From positions 1 through 64,000 of the forward strand of contig NW_019217822.1 in NCBI RefSeq assembly GCF_002571385.2: a stretch of 64,000 bases of DNA. The letters run 5' to 3'. The notes under the pieces are model-generated. The model was not told the origin of the DNA and ran no database searches. It saw only the letters and a list, made by a program, of their open reading frames with translations. The translations under genes and the position numbers were made by a program. This DNA is from Stylophora pistillata. Taxonomy: Eukaryota. Of the stretch, positions 12,992-26,807 are shown in pieces. The stretch's first letter is position 1; every line of letters starts with the position of its first letter.

Positions 12992-13362
12992 AACACCACA
13001 GCGTACACTATTGAGTTATGGATGCACGCGGGAGGTTGCTAAGCACGAAAGAAGCATAAGAGTCGCTCGAGGCGATAGCCGAGAGCGACTCTAGCTTCTT
13101 GAGTGCTTAGCAAACCTCCCAAGTGCATTCATAACTCAATAGTGTACGGTGTGGTGTTTACCATTTGCTTTATAACATAACATTGATACATTGTAGCTAA
13201 AGAGTTCCCTTTTATTTAACAAATCTTACGTGACCAGAAAAAACAAGCGCGCGCGGAAAAATAGTCTTTGCATTTGCTCACGTCAGCAGCGTACACCCAT
13301 GGGCAAATGGGGGATGCTTAATTGACCAATCAGAGCGCGCGCTTTACTTTGGTTATGTTATA
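12992..13362. mobile_element. Hairpin-rich non-autonomous element: 167-bp foldback plus a second inverted-repeat pair
   Basis: 12992-13158 folds back on itself (AACACCACAGCGTACACTATTGAGTTATG ... CATAACTCAATAGTGTACGGTGTGGTGTT). TATAACATAAC at ~13171 pairs with GTTATGTTATA at ~13352. Confidence 0.65.
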
Positions 13363-15617
13363 AGTTTTCCTGTTTGCCACTCATGTACACCTGGGGCTCC
13401 AGCTTTAAAAAATCATATTTTACGGTATCCAAAAGGCAAACAGATGCGTATTCATACTCAAGGCTGAAAAAATTGTTATAAAAAAAATATCACATTGTTT
13501 GCGTTCAGTAAGCTCGAACTGAAACGCATGAAGGAACTAATATTCTGACGTCAAACTTCAACAGAAAACAAAATCAATTAGTGATTTCCTACTATATTCC
13601 GAACCGCCCGACGAACAGAATAGATTTTCAATATCTAGGCTGTTTTGCATCGAAATCGCCTCATCATAAGAAATACCTGCTTTTTCATCAGTGTAGCAAA
13701 TCAAGCGCGCTCTAACGGAATACACGCATAATTAACAGACTGCTGTTGCATGACTCACTGCTCGCTCAGAAAAGGTTACTAGTTGAATTAAAAAAACTGG
13801 CAGGGAAATTTGGAGTATCGGAAATTTTGCAAATTTCTTACTATTCAGTTATTTCATTTATATCGAACGATCAATGATTCTCAGTGTTCAACACAAGTTA
13901 GAAGTATCGGAGAAGTTTCATCAACAATTTAATAACGAATGTTTTTGTACATGTGTGGGTGGTTTATTTTTTTGGAAAACAGTTCCGTTGCTCTGTTTTC
14001 TACCTTCTGTGATCACTTAAACGGTTGAAAATGTCGAAAACAAAGTTTAATTGGATGATCTATTGTTGACGGTTTTCAGAAGTCATAACAACTTGTCACG
14101 TCCACGGTTTCAAGACGGAAAAACCCCGCGGCTAGTCAGCTTTCGTCTGTGAAAATATGTGAAGAGATGCATTTGGGAAATGTTTGAAATACTCAACGAC
14201 CGCAAACGGCGTAAAACCGATAAAACGATGAGAAAAGTCAATCTGGCTAGGCAATTTAAACAACACTACACAGCTGCGCAGGTACAAAATTACCATAAAA
14301 GTGACAGACTTGGTTAAACTCAAGATCAAGCACAGGCGGGGAATCAATTGATTTACCTCGTTCAGAAATGTAACATTGGCAAGGAGGAAAGATTACTGCT
14401 GAAATTGTTAGGTAAGTCGCTGACACAGTTAATTCAAATTTTGTAACCAAACTCGTTAACTGCTTGTTGAAAGTGAGCTGCGTCATATTTCAACTTCCGT
14501 TCTAATTCATTCCATCCTCGGATATTTCTGTACTATTGGTTTATCATTGCCTCGTTGGTGATTTTCTATCCTAGCAGAATGATATTTCAAAATCACTTGC
14601 ACTAATTTGATCTCCTCTATCTTTTAATTTTACCATCCGTATTCTTCAATGGATTATTGTTATGTCCTTGGAGTTGTTCCTTCTTCATACCGAGCTACTG
14701 CTTTGTAGACTCGAGTAGTCATTTGTAATGCATATTCACTTTTGTTCATCTTGATTTTATCATTCCCTCTACTGTGATTTTCGTTCTCTCCCTTTTAATT
14801 TCTTCCACACGAGTTACCCGGGTTTTTAAGTCAGGTAAACACAAAGGTTTGACATGATTTAACAGAAGAATAAAACTCGACCGACAGCCGCAAGACCGGT
14901 GGGAGCTGGATTGTCAAACACGCACAGTATGTACACTCCGCAAACAGAATTGGACTGGCTATATACACAACACAAAGTCCTGCTTATTTGTAAAAAAAGT
15001 CGGATACTCAAAGTGACCGTTTGTTAAATGTTTCTATCAGCCTTCATGATGGGAATTCACGAGAAAACAAACCCTGTATGCTATATTACAGTTCCCACAA
15101 GGTCCACGCTATCAGCACTATATTTTTAACTGGCGAAATGAGATTCCACTAACGCGCCAGCCTGACTTGCTACAAACTGTCCTGTTGCATTGACTGGTAG
15201 TAGGCATGATGCGTACAAAGAAGGCTTCTTATCTTAGAACCAATCACATTCGACAATTTGTCCCACTGAGTTTGTTAAAACTGACCAAAAAAAAAAACAA
15301 AAAAAAAAACGCCGCACAGAGGTAATTGGAAGCCCACCTCTTGCTGACCTGGCAATAGCTGTTTCGAAAGAATGCACCTCTGAAATCTGACGTTTTGCAA
15401 AAGTCTTCCCCTCAGTGATAATCCTATGTATCTTATGGGCTTACGGATAAACCCTAAAATATTTAGGAGTTGACTTCGATAAATAGTTATAAATCACAAG
15501 AAAACTCATGAAAGATCTAGAGGCGGCATTTTTAATTTGTAACAATGTTTTTTTTTTTTTCTTTTTAAGTTTAATGATCAAACCTGAAAAAAAATTAGTT
15601 CCCTATGGGAATAGCGT

Positions 15618-15829
15618 CCTGGGGCCTAACGGGTCCGTAAAGCTGTTCTGTTTTCATTCAAGATGGAGATTTCAAAAGTTTTGAAAATGATACAATAAAA
15701 CTACTCAGCTAAAGAAACAAAAAGGACTGGTTTGGCTGCCTGAACCCGCTTTCCTATCGATTAAAGTTTGATTTTAAAACTGGCTTCGGGCCCGTTAAGT
15801 TACCGTGACTTTCGAGAAACGGGCTCTAG
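15618..15829. mobile_element. MITE remnant directly upstream of the Penelope fragment
   Basis: Ends CCTGGGGCC ... ACTTTCGAGAAACGGGCTCTAGG; the left TIR appears partly deleted. Confidence 0.45.
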
Positions 15830-15857
15830 GACAAGACAGATGGCGTACTTGGAATTT

Positions 15858-16960
15858 GTACGTTGATGACACGCCGGTTCACCATGTTTCACAGCAAAGA
15901 CAGTGCAAATGAGTTTTTGCACTATTTAAACAACTGTCATAGCAATATTAAATTTACCATTGAATTTGAACAGAATAATGCAATTCCTTTTTTGGACATT
16001 CTTGTCACACGTAATCAAAACAACACTTTCATGACATCCATCTACCGAAAGAAAACTTCCACAGGTCTCTACTCGAAATGGGATTCCTTCACCTCACGAA
16101 AGTACAAAATAAACGTCATCCGCTCCCTCACTTATCTCTACTACCGTCTTTGTTGGTCTGGCTCCTTGCTACAATCTGCCCTCAATGATCTTCGAAAACT
16201 CCTTCTTCAGAACGGCTACCCACAAGGCATATTCAACTGTCGTATCAACGATGTGTTGAACAAAAACAGACATCAGCATAACATCCCATTGTCTACAGTT
16301 CCTAAGAAAGATACTGACCATCCCACTTCTCTACTTAGGTTTGCAAAGCAACCAAGTCGCCAAACGCCTGAAATCATGTGTACAAATTCTATTCTTTTGT
16401 TAACTTGAAAATCGTTTTTCAGAACACTCGATGCATAAAATCTTTCTTTCCTTACAAGGACCGTATTAATCGTTCACAACAATCCAGGGTTATTTACAAA
16501 GCAAATTGCTGGGATTGTAATGGTTGTTACATTGGTAAAACTAAACGACGACTTCACGATAGAAAAACCGAACATTTTAAGGCCTTTGCTAAAAATGACA
16601 ATACTTCAGCCATTGCCGACCACATCAAGGCCACTGAACATAATATCAAGTGGGATCATTTTGATATTTTTGCAAAGGGCAAAACAGACTATCATTGTAA
16701 AATCAAAGAGTCCTTACTTATTCAAGAACTTGAGCCAGCTTTCAACGTGAACGTCGGAAGTGAAAAGCTGTTGCTTTATTAATCTGCTCCAGTGTTACTA
16801 GTTATTGTTAAGTTTTTTGCTGAATCTTGGTTCCAGTCCGCTCACCTTAGTTACATATATACATAGCTGTTTTAAATTTCAACCGTTACTTTTGAAAATG
16901 TATGTGGAGTACATACGAAACGTCAAGTCATAATCAAAATGTGCAAGTTCAATATGTTAA
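15858..16960 (+). mobile_element. Penelope-like retroelement, 5'-truncated (RT C-terminal half plus GIY-YIG endonuclease), frameshifted
   Basis: YVDDT then IKFTIEFEQNNAIPFLDILV, IYRKKT, LLQNGYP. GIY-YIG region: VIYKANCWDCNGCYIGKTKRRLHDRKTEH...SAIADH...IKESLLI...PAFN. Hammerhead motif in the 3' UTR. Confidence 0.92.
16888..16928 (+). ncRNA. Minimal type I hammerhead ribozyme, U3-A8 core variant
   Basis: Stem I ACTT/AAGT; core TTGAAAA-T; stem II GTATGT/ACATAC; GAAA; CG; cleavage triplet GTC. Confidence 0.7.
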
Positions 16961-19900
16961 TCACTGCTGCTTGTGTCTTATTTTTTATAAAATTACGATG
17001 GCCCAAGAACAAAAGCATTTACGATAATTTTTTTTTTATGGCAGGGTCCTTGAGAAGTTCAGTTTTACACCATCGTGATATATATCTTTTTGGTTCTCCT
17101 TTGTAAAATGAATTCCAAATTAAGCAACCTTTATTGATGAAACGTAGCAGACATTCATGGCGGTCCTTGATTGAAGAGAGTTTTGAAGGGGCAAGTGTTC
17201 CTAAGTATAACCTTAGGATTAGGTTGTATCTTTTGAAAAATGTTGGAACAAAGCTTTTTAGCCATGGATGGTTAAAGTTCTATTAAAAAAGCCTTTCGGG
17301 ATGACTCTCTTGTCTTAGCGAAACCATGATGGAAGAAAACGGATTTATCCCTCGTCATTCCTCTTCCTTACCCTCCCCTCTCTTGGTTTTATAATTGGTA
17401 CGTGACTTCAGTTTGACTTCGATTGACCTGGTATCCTTTTTCTCAAATTCATTCACGTGTGTGAAAGTTCATTAGTGAAAATATGGTTTAGATGTCGCTG
17501 TAAAAACCTCTGTCCGTGTTTGCAAAAAGAACTGGAAATCGCTCACGATCAAATAAAATTGCGCAGAGGAATGAACCTTTACACGTAAAGTTTACTGGTG
17601 CATTTTTTTCGATGAAAAACTCAGGGCTCTAAGCTTCTTCCTGACGAAGAAAATTAAGACGACGTGCTTTTGTCTACGCACAGTTCAATGCTACACACTC
17701 AAGCTGCATTGAAAAACAGGAAAAAAAACAAAACCTAAACTTCTATAAAAGATAGGATCTGACAGATTAGTAAGATACCGTTCGTTATCACCCGGTGAGT
17801 CCTTAAATAACCCTCGAGATGCAAATATCTATTTATATCCACCGGAATGAGAAATATTTTTTTAAGCTGCAAAGTCACTCATCTCGAAAACCATTTTAAA
17901 GCGTAACTTGAAATTGATTTTTTTTCGATAGTTTGATCCTTTTTCGATTAGATTTGTTTTTACTAACAGACAGGAAAACAATTTGTTCCCGTTATTTTCC
18001 ATGTTGAAGAAACTTCGGTTCAGGAGGTCAACAGGAGCCTAATGTCTTTACGTGACTTTGATAATAACAGCAGTAGATTTCTGTTTATCTGAAAATAAAC
18101 AACAGCTCTGGGAATTATCACGAATGCTCGTTTCCGTTTCCAAATTTGGAGCTTAAATTATGGTTGAAGTATCAAATGTTTCCTTCGAAAAAACTCGATC
18201 AGGAACCTTTTTATTTGGGCGTGATATTATGAGCGCTTTCTTCGTAAAAATTTCCGGCTAATACATTTCAGGTCGTTATGTGAAAATCTGCAAAATTCTG
18301 GAAGTTACCTTTGTAAGTTTTCATTTACTTATTCTAATGTTATACATTAGAGATTTACGGCATAAGAATGACTTAAAAAAGAATTATCTATGGCTGTTTA
18401 AAAGAAAAACTCAGATTATGTTCAACTACTTGTAACAATTTTCGGCCGTGTTCAGAACATGGTATTCTTGTTCCCCTTTCGCGCCAAATTCTTCCACGTA
18501 CTTCGGTCACTTAATGCCCACATTTTTGTCCAGATAAATCCTGGTCCCCCAAAGATTTTCCATGTTGATTTGGTCATGAACGGTTTAAGTATTCATGCAA
18601 AAGACATGGTCATGCATCATGGAGTGTATCTACTTTTTTTAAAGTCACCTTTATTGTTTCTGCGTTTTAGTATAAAACATTAAAAAAACCCTCGATTTTC
18701 AACATAAGTTTCAGTCATATCACACGAACAATAGAGGAATAGATATCTATTTATCTCTCAGATAAACTAGTCGATCGTGCGAGAGAGGTTATATCCCGGC
18801 CGTCGCGACTGTTCTACGAGGGGGAAACTCGGCCAATTCTCTGCTATTGCTACCTCAAATAGGAAATCAAACATAGCTATATAAGTAAAGCTTGATACTG
18901 CATCTCTCCAAAGCCTCTCGCCAGCTTTCGATTTGTTTACAGCTATGAGTAGATTTCACTTTAAATTCACTCGCAGACGGCGAACACTGTCGATAACTTT
19001 CCACGTCTCAACATCGGGATCTGTAGACAGCTTTCTTCTCGCCGAGAAGAACATTTAGAGAGGACGTCGATTGTGAAGTTTCTTTCGAAGAAAAAGTTGA
19101 AACAAGGATCCTAAGTGTTCTGTCGCAGTTGACTCTCTTTACATTGAGCAACTGTGAATTTCTCCTTAAAAAATTCATGGAATTAACCGACTATCTCGAT
19201 TAAATTATTTGTTTGTTCCACGCGGACATTAGCAGTGCCGGATGAAATAATTCTCCGGCCAAGATCCAGTTAGTCTAAATTGGCAATACATTGTCTAATA
19301 AGTGCCTTTCATTTCTTGTGGAATTCCATAAATATACGTCAAGGAAACCTTTACAACAAACACTAAGTGCAGCGGGGAAACTGGCACGACTTCTCGTCAG
19401 AGTAAGGGAGAACGATTACAATTTACCACAAAATTCGAATCATAAGCCTCTGCCCGATAAAACTTCGAAAAAGTTCTCAGAGAGGATTATAGACGAATTT
19501 CTAAACGGAGGGACTTAAATTGGGTGGATAGACGAGGGCCGATTAACAGGCGACATAAAAAAAAAAAAAAAGGGCCAGTTAGAAATAGATAGATAAGTCA
19601 TATTCACGAGATAAAATAACCGTCAGTCGTCTGGAGAGATTTTCCGGATTTAATCGGTTTTAATTTTAAGATTTAGGTATTAACTTAATTCGGCAAGACC
19701 GTGATGTTAAGCCACTGTAACTGTAACTGAAGATATCCGAAACAATTCCATTCATAATGACGTCCAGAGTAGCCGGCAGTCGCTAAGAAAGAACATCTAA
19801 TATCTGAATTGTCTATAGCTTACAAAAGGCTCCCCAAAGTCTCTAGCTCTTTCAACTTTCAGATTATATGACAATCATAGAAGGAATTTAAATGGAATTT

Positions 19901-22900
19901 CTGGCATCTACTCCATTCATTCAATGAGAAAAGCTTTCTGAACTGCTTTACTATATTGTCACGAAAGACATGTAGACAACCATGGATCTGGCTGCGAAGA
20001 CATGGTTCTGAGAGAATGTACAGCTTAAAGAGAGGGGTGAAGAGAAAAATTACTGTCTCTAGTTACTTTGTTTCAAAAGTTTCTCTGCTCTGCTGGTTTG
20101 ATTACCGACGTTGATTAAAGCTAGCATCGTAATCGATATCCAAATATCACATGCAGCAAAATGTTCTGTCATTAGCTGGAATTTCTAGTTAATTAATGAC
20201 GAGACGACTAAAGAATGTGCAAGGGGAAATTAAAAGTCCTCTGCTTACCGAAGCATGTTTTCCGAATTCAGTGTGAAAAGTTCGCGTTTTGCATTTTGAA
20301 ATTAAAAGCCTTTTTCGCATAATCATTTGCTACGTCAACCCGTGTACAAGTATCTCGTAATTTGCCCAGTTCATTTCACTGAAGAAAAAACTTGAGATTC
20401 TTTAAATCAGTCAGCAGCGCCGGCTTTTTCTTTTATTAATTATTCCTCTATTCAATGAATTTTTTTATCCTTGATTAAAACGATGATATACAAATCATTC
20501 TTATTAACGCCTGCAATAAGTAAGTCGATATTTTGCTCATCTCAGGAATGATGCACACGGAAGATTTGCTTTTAACAGCCCTAATTAAAATACTCTATAG
20601 TCTGGCCGGTTTCAAAATAATTTTAATGAGCAACAGACAGCTTTTGCTAGTGTCGACTGAAATATTTTGAACTAAATGTCGATCAACCATATGTGATTTT
20701 AAAATTTGTCTGGTTTGAAGTACATTCTTGATAAATATCGCCAGTCTGAGAACCATTTCGCCGGTGTCTCAATACGTCAGATTTTATATTAGTTTAGTTT
20801 AGCTGCAAATTGGCAAAGAATGCGCTCCACAAATAACAAAGTCACTGACAAATGCAAATGATTGGTTTTTTTAACTTTATATCCACACTTATTGATTTTG
20901 CTAAGCCCTACATGTACATGCATGCATGCATAAAGCTGGTCATATATGAACTTATACAATACATGGTCTATAAGTCTCCGATGAATTTTTTGAGCTAAGC
21001 TCATCTGGTCAACATCCGAACACGAAATAGCGGGTGAAAGATTTCAGTCGTCCAGGGAGAAATTCGCATGGAATTTTTCTTTGTTCACCGTTGGTAACGT
21101 ATGTTTCACATTTTTCTTTGTTTTGATATATTTAACACACTTGGATTCACGTCGTGGAACCTTTATACTGTAAACGCCCCAATAAGCCCACCTCTTCGCT
21201 CTTTACCAATCCCCTATTTCAAATTTCAGAGCCCCGCTCCTCGTGTTCTTCATTTTCCTTGCTTCACTAAATAATGACGCGCTGCAAATGGTTATACTTG
21301 TATTTGAAAACCTGTATCATTATAGTTTCCGTCATGCGTAAAAAACAAACAAACAAATGCGAGCTGCAAATGCTACTCATAAAGGACGAGGGACAATTCA
21401 GAAATAATGATTCACATGTTTTGAGAGCCCGTGCCCCCTACCCCTCTCTCCTCCGCCAGTCCCTTTAGTTCCTCCCTGATAAGGCCTCTGGAGGCTCTCA
21501 AAACTTATGAGCCCCTGGAGCTCCACGGGGACTCCCCCTGGAAGCTTCTTAGATCATTTATAGGAGGTTAGTTTGAAAGTCGTCTGAAACACTGCAATGA
21601 AGCAAAGCTGAAGGCCTTATTCTAGAGCTCCAACCCAGAGCACAACTAGGACGTCAAAATGAAATACGACGCTTACAATTTTTTGGTAAATCTTTGAAAT
21701 TCTATCGACATATTTACCAGAATTTAGTTCAGAAAGTTTTGGAGAAACCTGACCATTTTGGTAAGGTTGGATGGTGTATGCACTATTCTCAATAAGGTAA
21801 GAGAAAACAGTGAGGCCTGCAGGACTTGAAAATCAGTTATCCTTCGCATGCATGAATTCACATTTTTAAAATTTGTCCATCAAGAGATAAATTTCCAACG
21901 AATTAATCCCGTACAAGACACGAAAAGTCCACATTTTTGCATGTAAATTATGGGGTTAACGAGCCATTCAGTTATGTCATGCCCGAGTGAGCAAAGTATA
22001 TAAAACTGACCATGCAGACAAGGATTTATCAACTTTACGCTTTCACCGCAGAAATAGAAACACTAGATGCAGGTAAACATCCTCTAAAAAGCTGTATCGA
22101 AACTCTCCATCGGGGCTCATAAACAAGATATTTTGAACATTTTGAATAACAGCCATTCTTAAGATTATTATTTAGGTGTTGCAAAAGATCTTGAAAGCAT
22201 CCCTCAAAAATTTACTTTGTTCAATTCAACTTTGGACTTTGAGCTTCTCATACCCTGAAGTCGGCATTTACGTCTTATAAAAGCTGTATCCATAGTTAAT
22301 CGATAGTCCCCTCGATTAACTATGCTGCGTCGGACCGAAGAAAAAAGATTAACTTATTAATAAACACTTGATCGGTTCAGCGCAGTGAAACATCTTGTCA
22401 TAGACATTCTGCAGATTGCATGCCGTCTAATTATGAAAATTCCGTGTCCACAGGCAGATTCAAGTTGAGAAATGACAGATTAAGTTTAATCAATTTTATT
22501 CCACTTGGTGTTTTGACCCACTTTATAAAAAGCATTCATATATTTGTTTTTCACACCGGAGGAAAATTTTGCTGACGAAATCGATTTTTGAGCGTAGATG
22601 CTCTTTAGTACGACTTTGTCATATCTTTCTTACTTCAAAATACGCTTATTAATTAAGCAATCAAGAAAGAGGAAACAGAAATTAGGCCGATTTCAATATC
22701 TCCCAGTCATGGATCGAGATGACTAATCAAATAATATTTCTATTTTGTAACGTCACAAGCTAGTTGCAGGGTTTTAATTACCATTTCCTCAGTTTTCGGC
22801 GGACACCGATTGTGTCGATGATGTATTAATTCGACAACGTAGCTCAGTTTTACAGAAACCCTTGACTAGTTAGCAATTACTCAATAGCTATAAAAGTACA

Positions 22901-25900
22901 GATATAGATATAAAGAAGGTTTTTTTTTATCGGTATTGTCATAGGAGTTATTTTTAGTCTTTCGCGACAGCCATTTATCGATCATGAGACACCGTAAGAT
23001 TGCCGATTATCAAAATTTATTTTTAAGCAGACTGGATACAAACTGAAAATGTTCAAAATGGACCGGAGATAATTGAGGTCAGGAATAATTTTTCAGTGTT
23101 AAAACTCCACAAATGCAAGGCGCTAGCTGCCGGAGAGTTGCCAGTTTTTTTACCTTTTTCCTCCTTTCTCATGGTGAAAGTTTCAATCCAGAAGTTATAA
23201 ATTTCCAGAAGAAAACTGTAACAACAGCTGGACACTAAACATCAAACGAAGAAGTTTAATGCGGACGATTTCTGGTCAGCGAACTTTTCTCAAAAATGCT
23301 AGTGATTGCGGGATATATGTGGAGTTTAGAGAGCTCATTCGGCGAGAATGCGGCTTCTTATTTGACGAAATCAACCCTAGAGGGTCAAGTGCGTTTTCAA
23401 ACCCTGCAGCGACTTACATAATTCGCTATTTTTATCTTATGATCATTTGACGATGAAAAGGCGTTCTGGGTTGTTGACCAAATATCACCGCCTACTGCAC
23501 ACCCACCACATACATACTCATATAATGGACAACATGCTATAATTGGAAATGTTTTGGAAGTTTCTTCTCACGGCTCTTGTACCTGTATATGTTATGACCT
23601 GGGGTCGTAAATAAAGTTCCTTCGGCCGGCCTTTTTTTTTTCAGCATTGAGCATTAATTCCGGAAACGTTTTCGCTAAATCAAACCACTGGAGCATAATA
23701 ATCTTCAAAACTTGTTTCAGCGATGTGATATTTCCAAAATGATCTGTCAAAGAAACAGCGAAAATTTTAGAAAAGAGTTTTACAGGGAGTCAAATAAATC
23801 GGTATCAATCAATGGATATTGAGCTAGTGAATTTTTAGGTGGCTAATCTTATATTTAAACAAAAGACCATAAAGAACCTAACTGTAAGCAAAACCTGTAA
23901 ACGTACCAATCAAGGCGGATGTTATTACCAAGTTAGTTCACCTAAATCATGAGACTCCTTCGGCTGTTTAGCTCTGTGATTTCAGTGATACCTAGTTTTC
24001 ATACGGGTGAGTAATTTTTTACTTATTGTTGCTGAAATCATTTACGGTTAAAATAAGATTTGCATTAATAGTTAACGCATGAGATTATACCTCAAAAGTT
24101 ACCGTATAAGGTTTTTTTATGCCCTCAATATCATATGCCCTTTCAGGGCAACATAGTGCGAGGGAGTGGAGACTGTCGGCAGTGGCAATAATGGTATATT
24201 GCCAGAAGTCTATGGGAGATGCAAACATAGGCACTTTCTGTTTGAGAAGTTGAAGAAAATATCATCTAAGTACCGCTTTACAAAAAATTGAAGCGCCTCG
24301 GGGCAAGAAAATGCTCCGGCCTATCATTAGGAAACTTTGTTTGGTTAAAAAATGCCGCTTTCTTTCTTACTGAAACTGAAAGATATGCGAGCAAGAAAAT
24401 CGGTCATGTGCAACCAGCCCCCACTTTGTAAAACTATCAAGAATAGGTTTTGTTTTGCTTTCAGTAACTTGTATTATTCCGTTATCTCGCCCTCTTAGAA
24501 CGAATGACGTCAACCTTAATTTAAACGCCCTGAAACACCTAAATCAACATTGAAACTACATCAATCAGTTTGTTTTAGTGATGTTGATATCGCACGACAA
24601 AACAGTGCTTTTGTCTGACTTTTACTGTAGTTTTTGACGTCAGTATTAGAACTTAATTCATTTCACAAAGCAATTTATGACAGCCCTGTTGATTGTGTAC
24701 TTCGATGTCTACTGTTGCGAATCGATTTGGGTTTATTACCACGCAGCCCACGCACAATGCCGTAGGATTATTTCAAATACACTCCCCGCTTTCACAACGA
24801 CAATACGAACTTCCTGTTCACTCAAAAACCTATTCTATATGGCCTTTTTGCGTTTACAAGATACCGCAGGTTATCGCAAGGGTTTAATGCCGTGATAAAT
24901 AATCCTTAAGAAGGACACTTCAATTCTCAAATTATAAGCGGGCCACTCGGTCGCTTGAGACGCAGGTTAGGTCACACGCACGCCGAGAGAAAATCTTCTC
25001 AACCAACTCAGGTAAAAACAAAATATCTTTCATTGTTTTCATCTCTGATCCTAAATTTATACTTTTAAACACACCGCCCGTGGTCTTTTCGCAGTTGTAT
25101 TTAGAATGGGGTAAATTGGGCGTGATTGGAAAGTCGCGTGGAGGAGAGCGCGAAAACCCCAGAGGGGTAAATTGGCTTTCGTTTGCTTGGGCGTTGATCT
25201 TTTCCAGAATGTGGACTTCAATGGTTTCAGAGTCAGCGGAATTTAAGGAAAGCTAAGATAGACTTTGTTAACACGTGGTTTTAGTTCATGCTCGCGTGAC
25301 CAGCGAACATTCTCATTTTTCTTTTGATCGCCATGGGTGGTAACCAAAAGATTGAATATTCGTTTTGCTCGTGCAGCGAATTTGGCTTTACTTCATGTCA
25401 GAGCCTGAAAACCTAGCCATATATAGCATATAAAGAGACTTAATGAAACTAAATCAAGTTAGCGTTGTCGAAGACAGTTTTTGTCAACAATTATCAATTC
25501 TGAGTTCCCGTAATACTCAGCCGGAAGCGCGAAAACCACAAAACTTGCGTATCTCCTGAATATTTTCCCAACTGTACTCTTTGAATTACCGGAAGCCCTT
25601 AGGACTTTTTGAGACGTTGTTTCCCAAGAATTCTGACTTCCTGTCCCTTCAAAAGTAGTCAAAAAATGAAAACAGTCTATTTATCCAGTTTACTGACAGA
25701 AGTTTTAAACGTGCGATGAGTTGTACGACTTTAGCGAACAAAATATTTGTAAGGGCAAGATAACACTCAGTTATAGCGTGAATAAATTTGTGATATTATT
25801 CACAATATTGGAATGTCGCATCGTGACGCTATTCGTGGTTTCGTCTAGCATTTTCTCTTGAGATTTGCATCCTTGATGCAGACTGTATTCTTTTATTTTT

Positions 25901-26807
25901 TAAGATTCCACTTGTGAAGTCAGAAAGCACAAGCAATGAACAGACAATATGAGGATTTAAATGAAAGAATTCGAAGCGCCGACACGCAAACAGCAAAAAT
26001 CGAGTTTTCTGTCTGGAACGGGATAGTGATATTTTTGAACCAGGCTGTCTCTTCTCGACCTCATCAGTTCACCATGGTAACCACTAGCCAATCATAACCC
26101 CAACCTGAGAAGGCACGATCGCTATGTGTCAATTAAGTTAATTTTATGTCTAAGGGGGTGGACATGTCATTTTCGCACAGCAAACAATAAATTTTGTGCA
26201 GCTAATCTGTCTATCCTTCGCAAAGGCTTTTAACCGTTTATATACTTTTCGTAGGTTATCGAAGTCGTGCAGGATCGCAAAGAACCTGCCTTGGAGACAA
26301 GATAAAGCAGAAGATTTTCAAAATTCTAGACTCTCGGATCGGAAGTGTATTTTGGGTCCGTAATAACTTCAAAGTGAGGTGATACCTAGATGCCTTCCGT
26401 GGAATGTGAAATATCTATTTGCGTGAGCAAGACCCCTACTCTCTTACAGATCAGCTTCATCGTGGCGTAAACCAAGGTCCTTCGATATTTTATTTTCTCG
26501 TCCTTCGCATAGACGGGAGAGCGTCTGGATCTTCAAATTACACTTCAACGTCAATATTCCTGTTGCGAACTGGCTGGATGTGAAACTGTAGTCTTACGTA
26601 TTCAACAATGGAATTTGAGAATCTTTGAGTTATCAACGAAGGTGATTTCATCACTGAAGGGTCGGGTTTTAGCTAGACTTTATTTTGGGATCTATCTAGA
26701 TAAAACCATTCACTGAGAGCTTTATTGTCTCGGGTTTGACTATTCAACGCTTTGCGAATCTGCGATCACAAAGAAAACATTAAAAACATACACAAACTTC
26801 AACGAAC

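Noticed and set aside
20137-20152. ATATCCAAATATCACA matching the Gypsy LTR end
   Set aside because: The match is short and AT-rich and the flanks show no LTR similarity, so it is not called a solo LTR.
9700-25700. Many 60-110 aa ORFs in the ORF track
   Set aside because: Apart from the Penelope ORFs they show no recognisable domains or consistent exon structure.
12228-26410. TEAD-like GGAATG/CATTCC sites upstream of LATS (possible YAP feedback)
   Set aside because: About eight scattered 6-mers in ~14 kb is close to chance expectation, with no convincing cluster.
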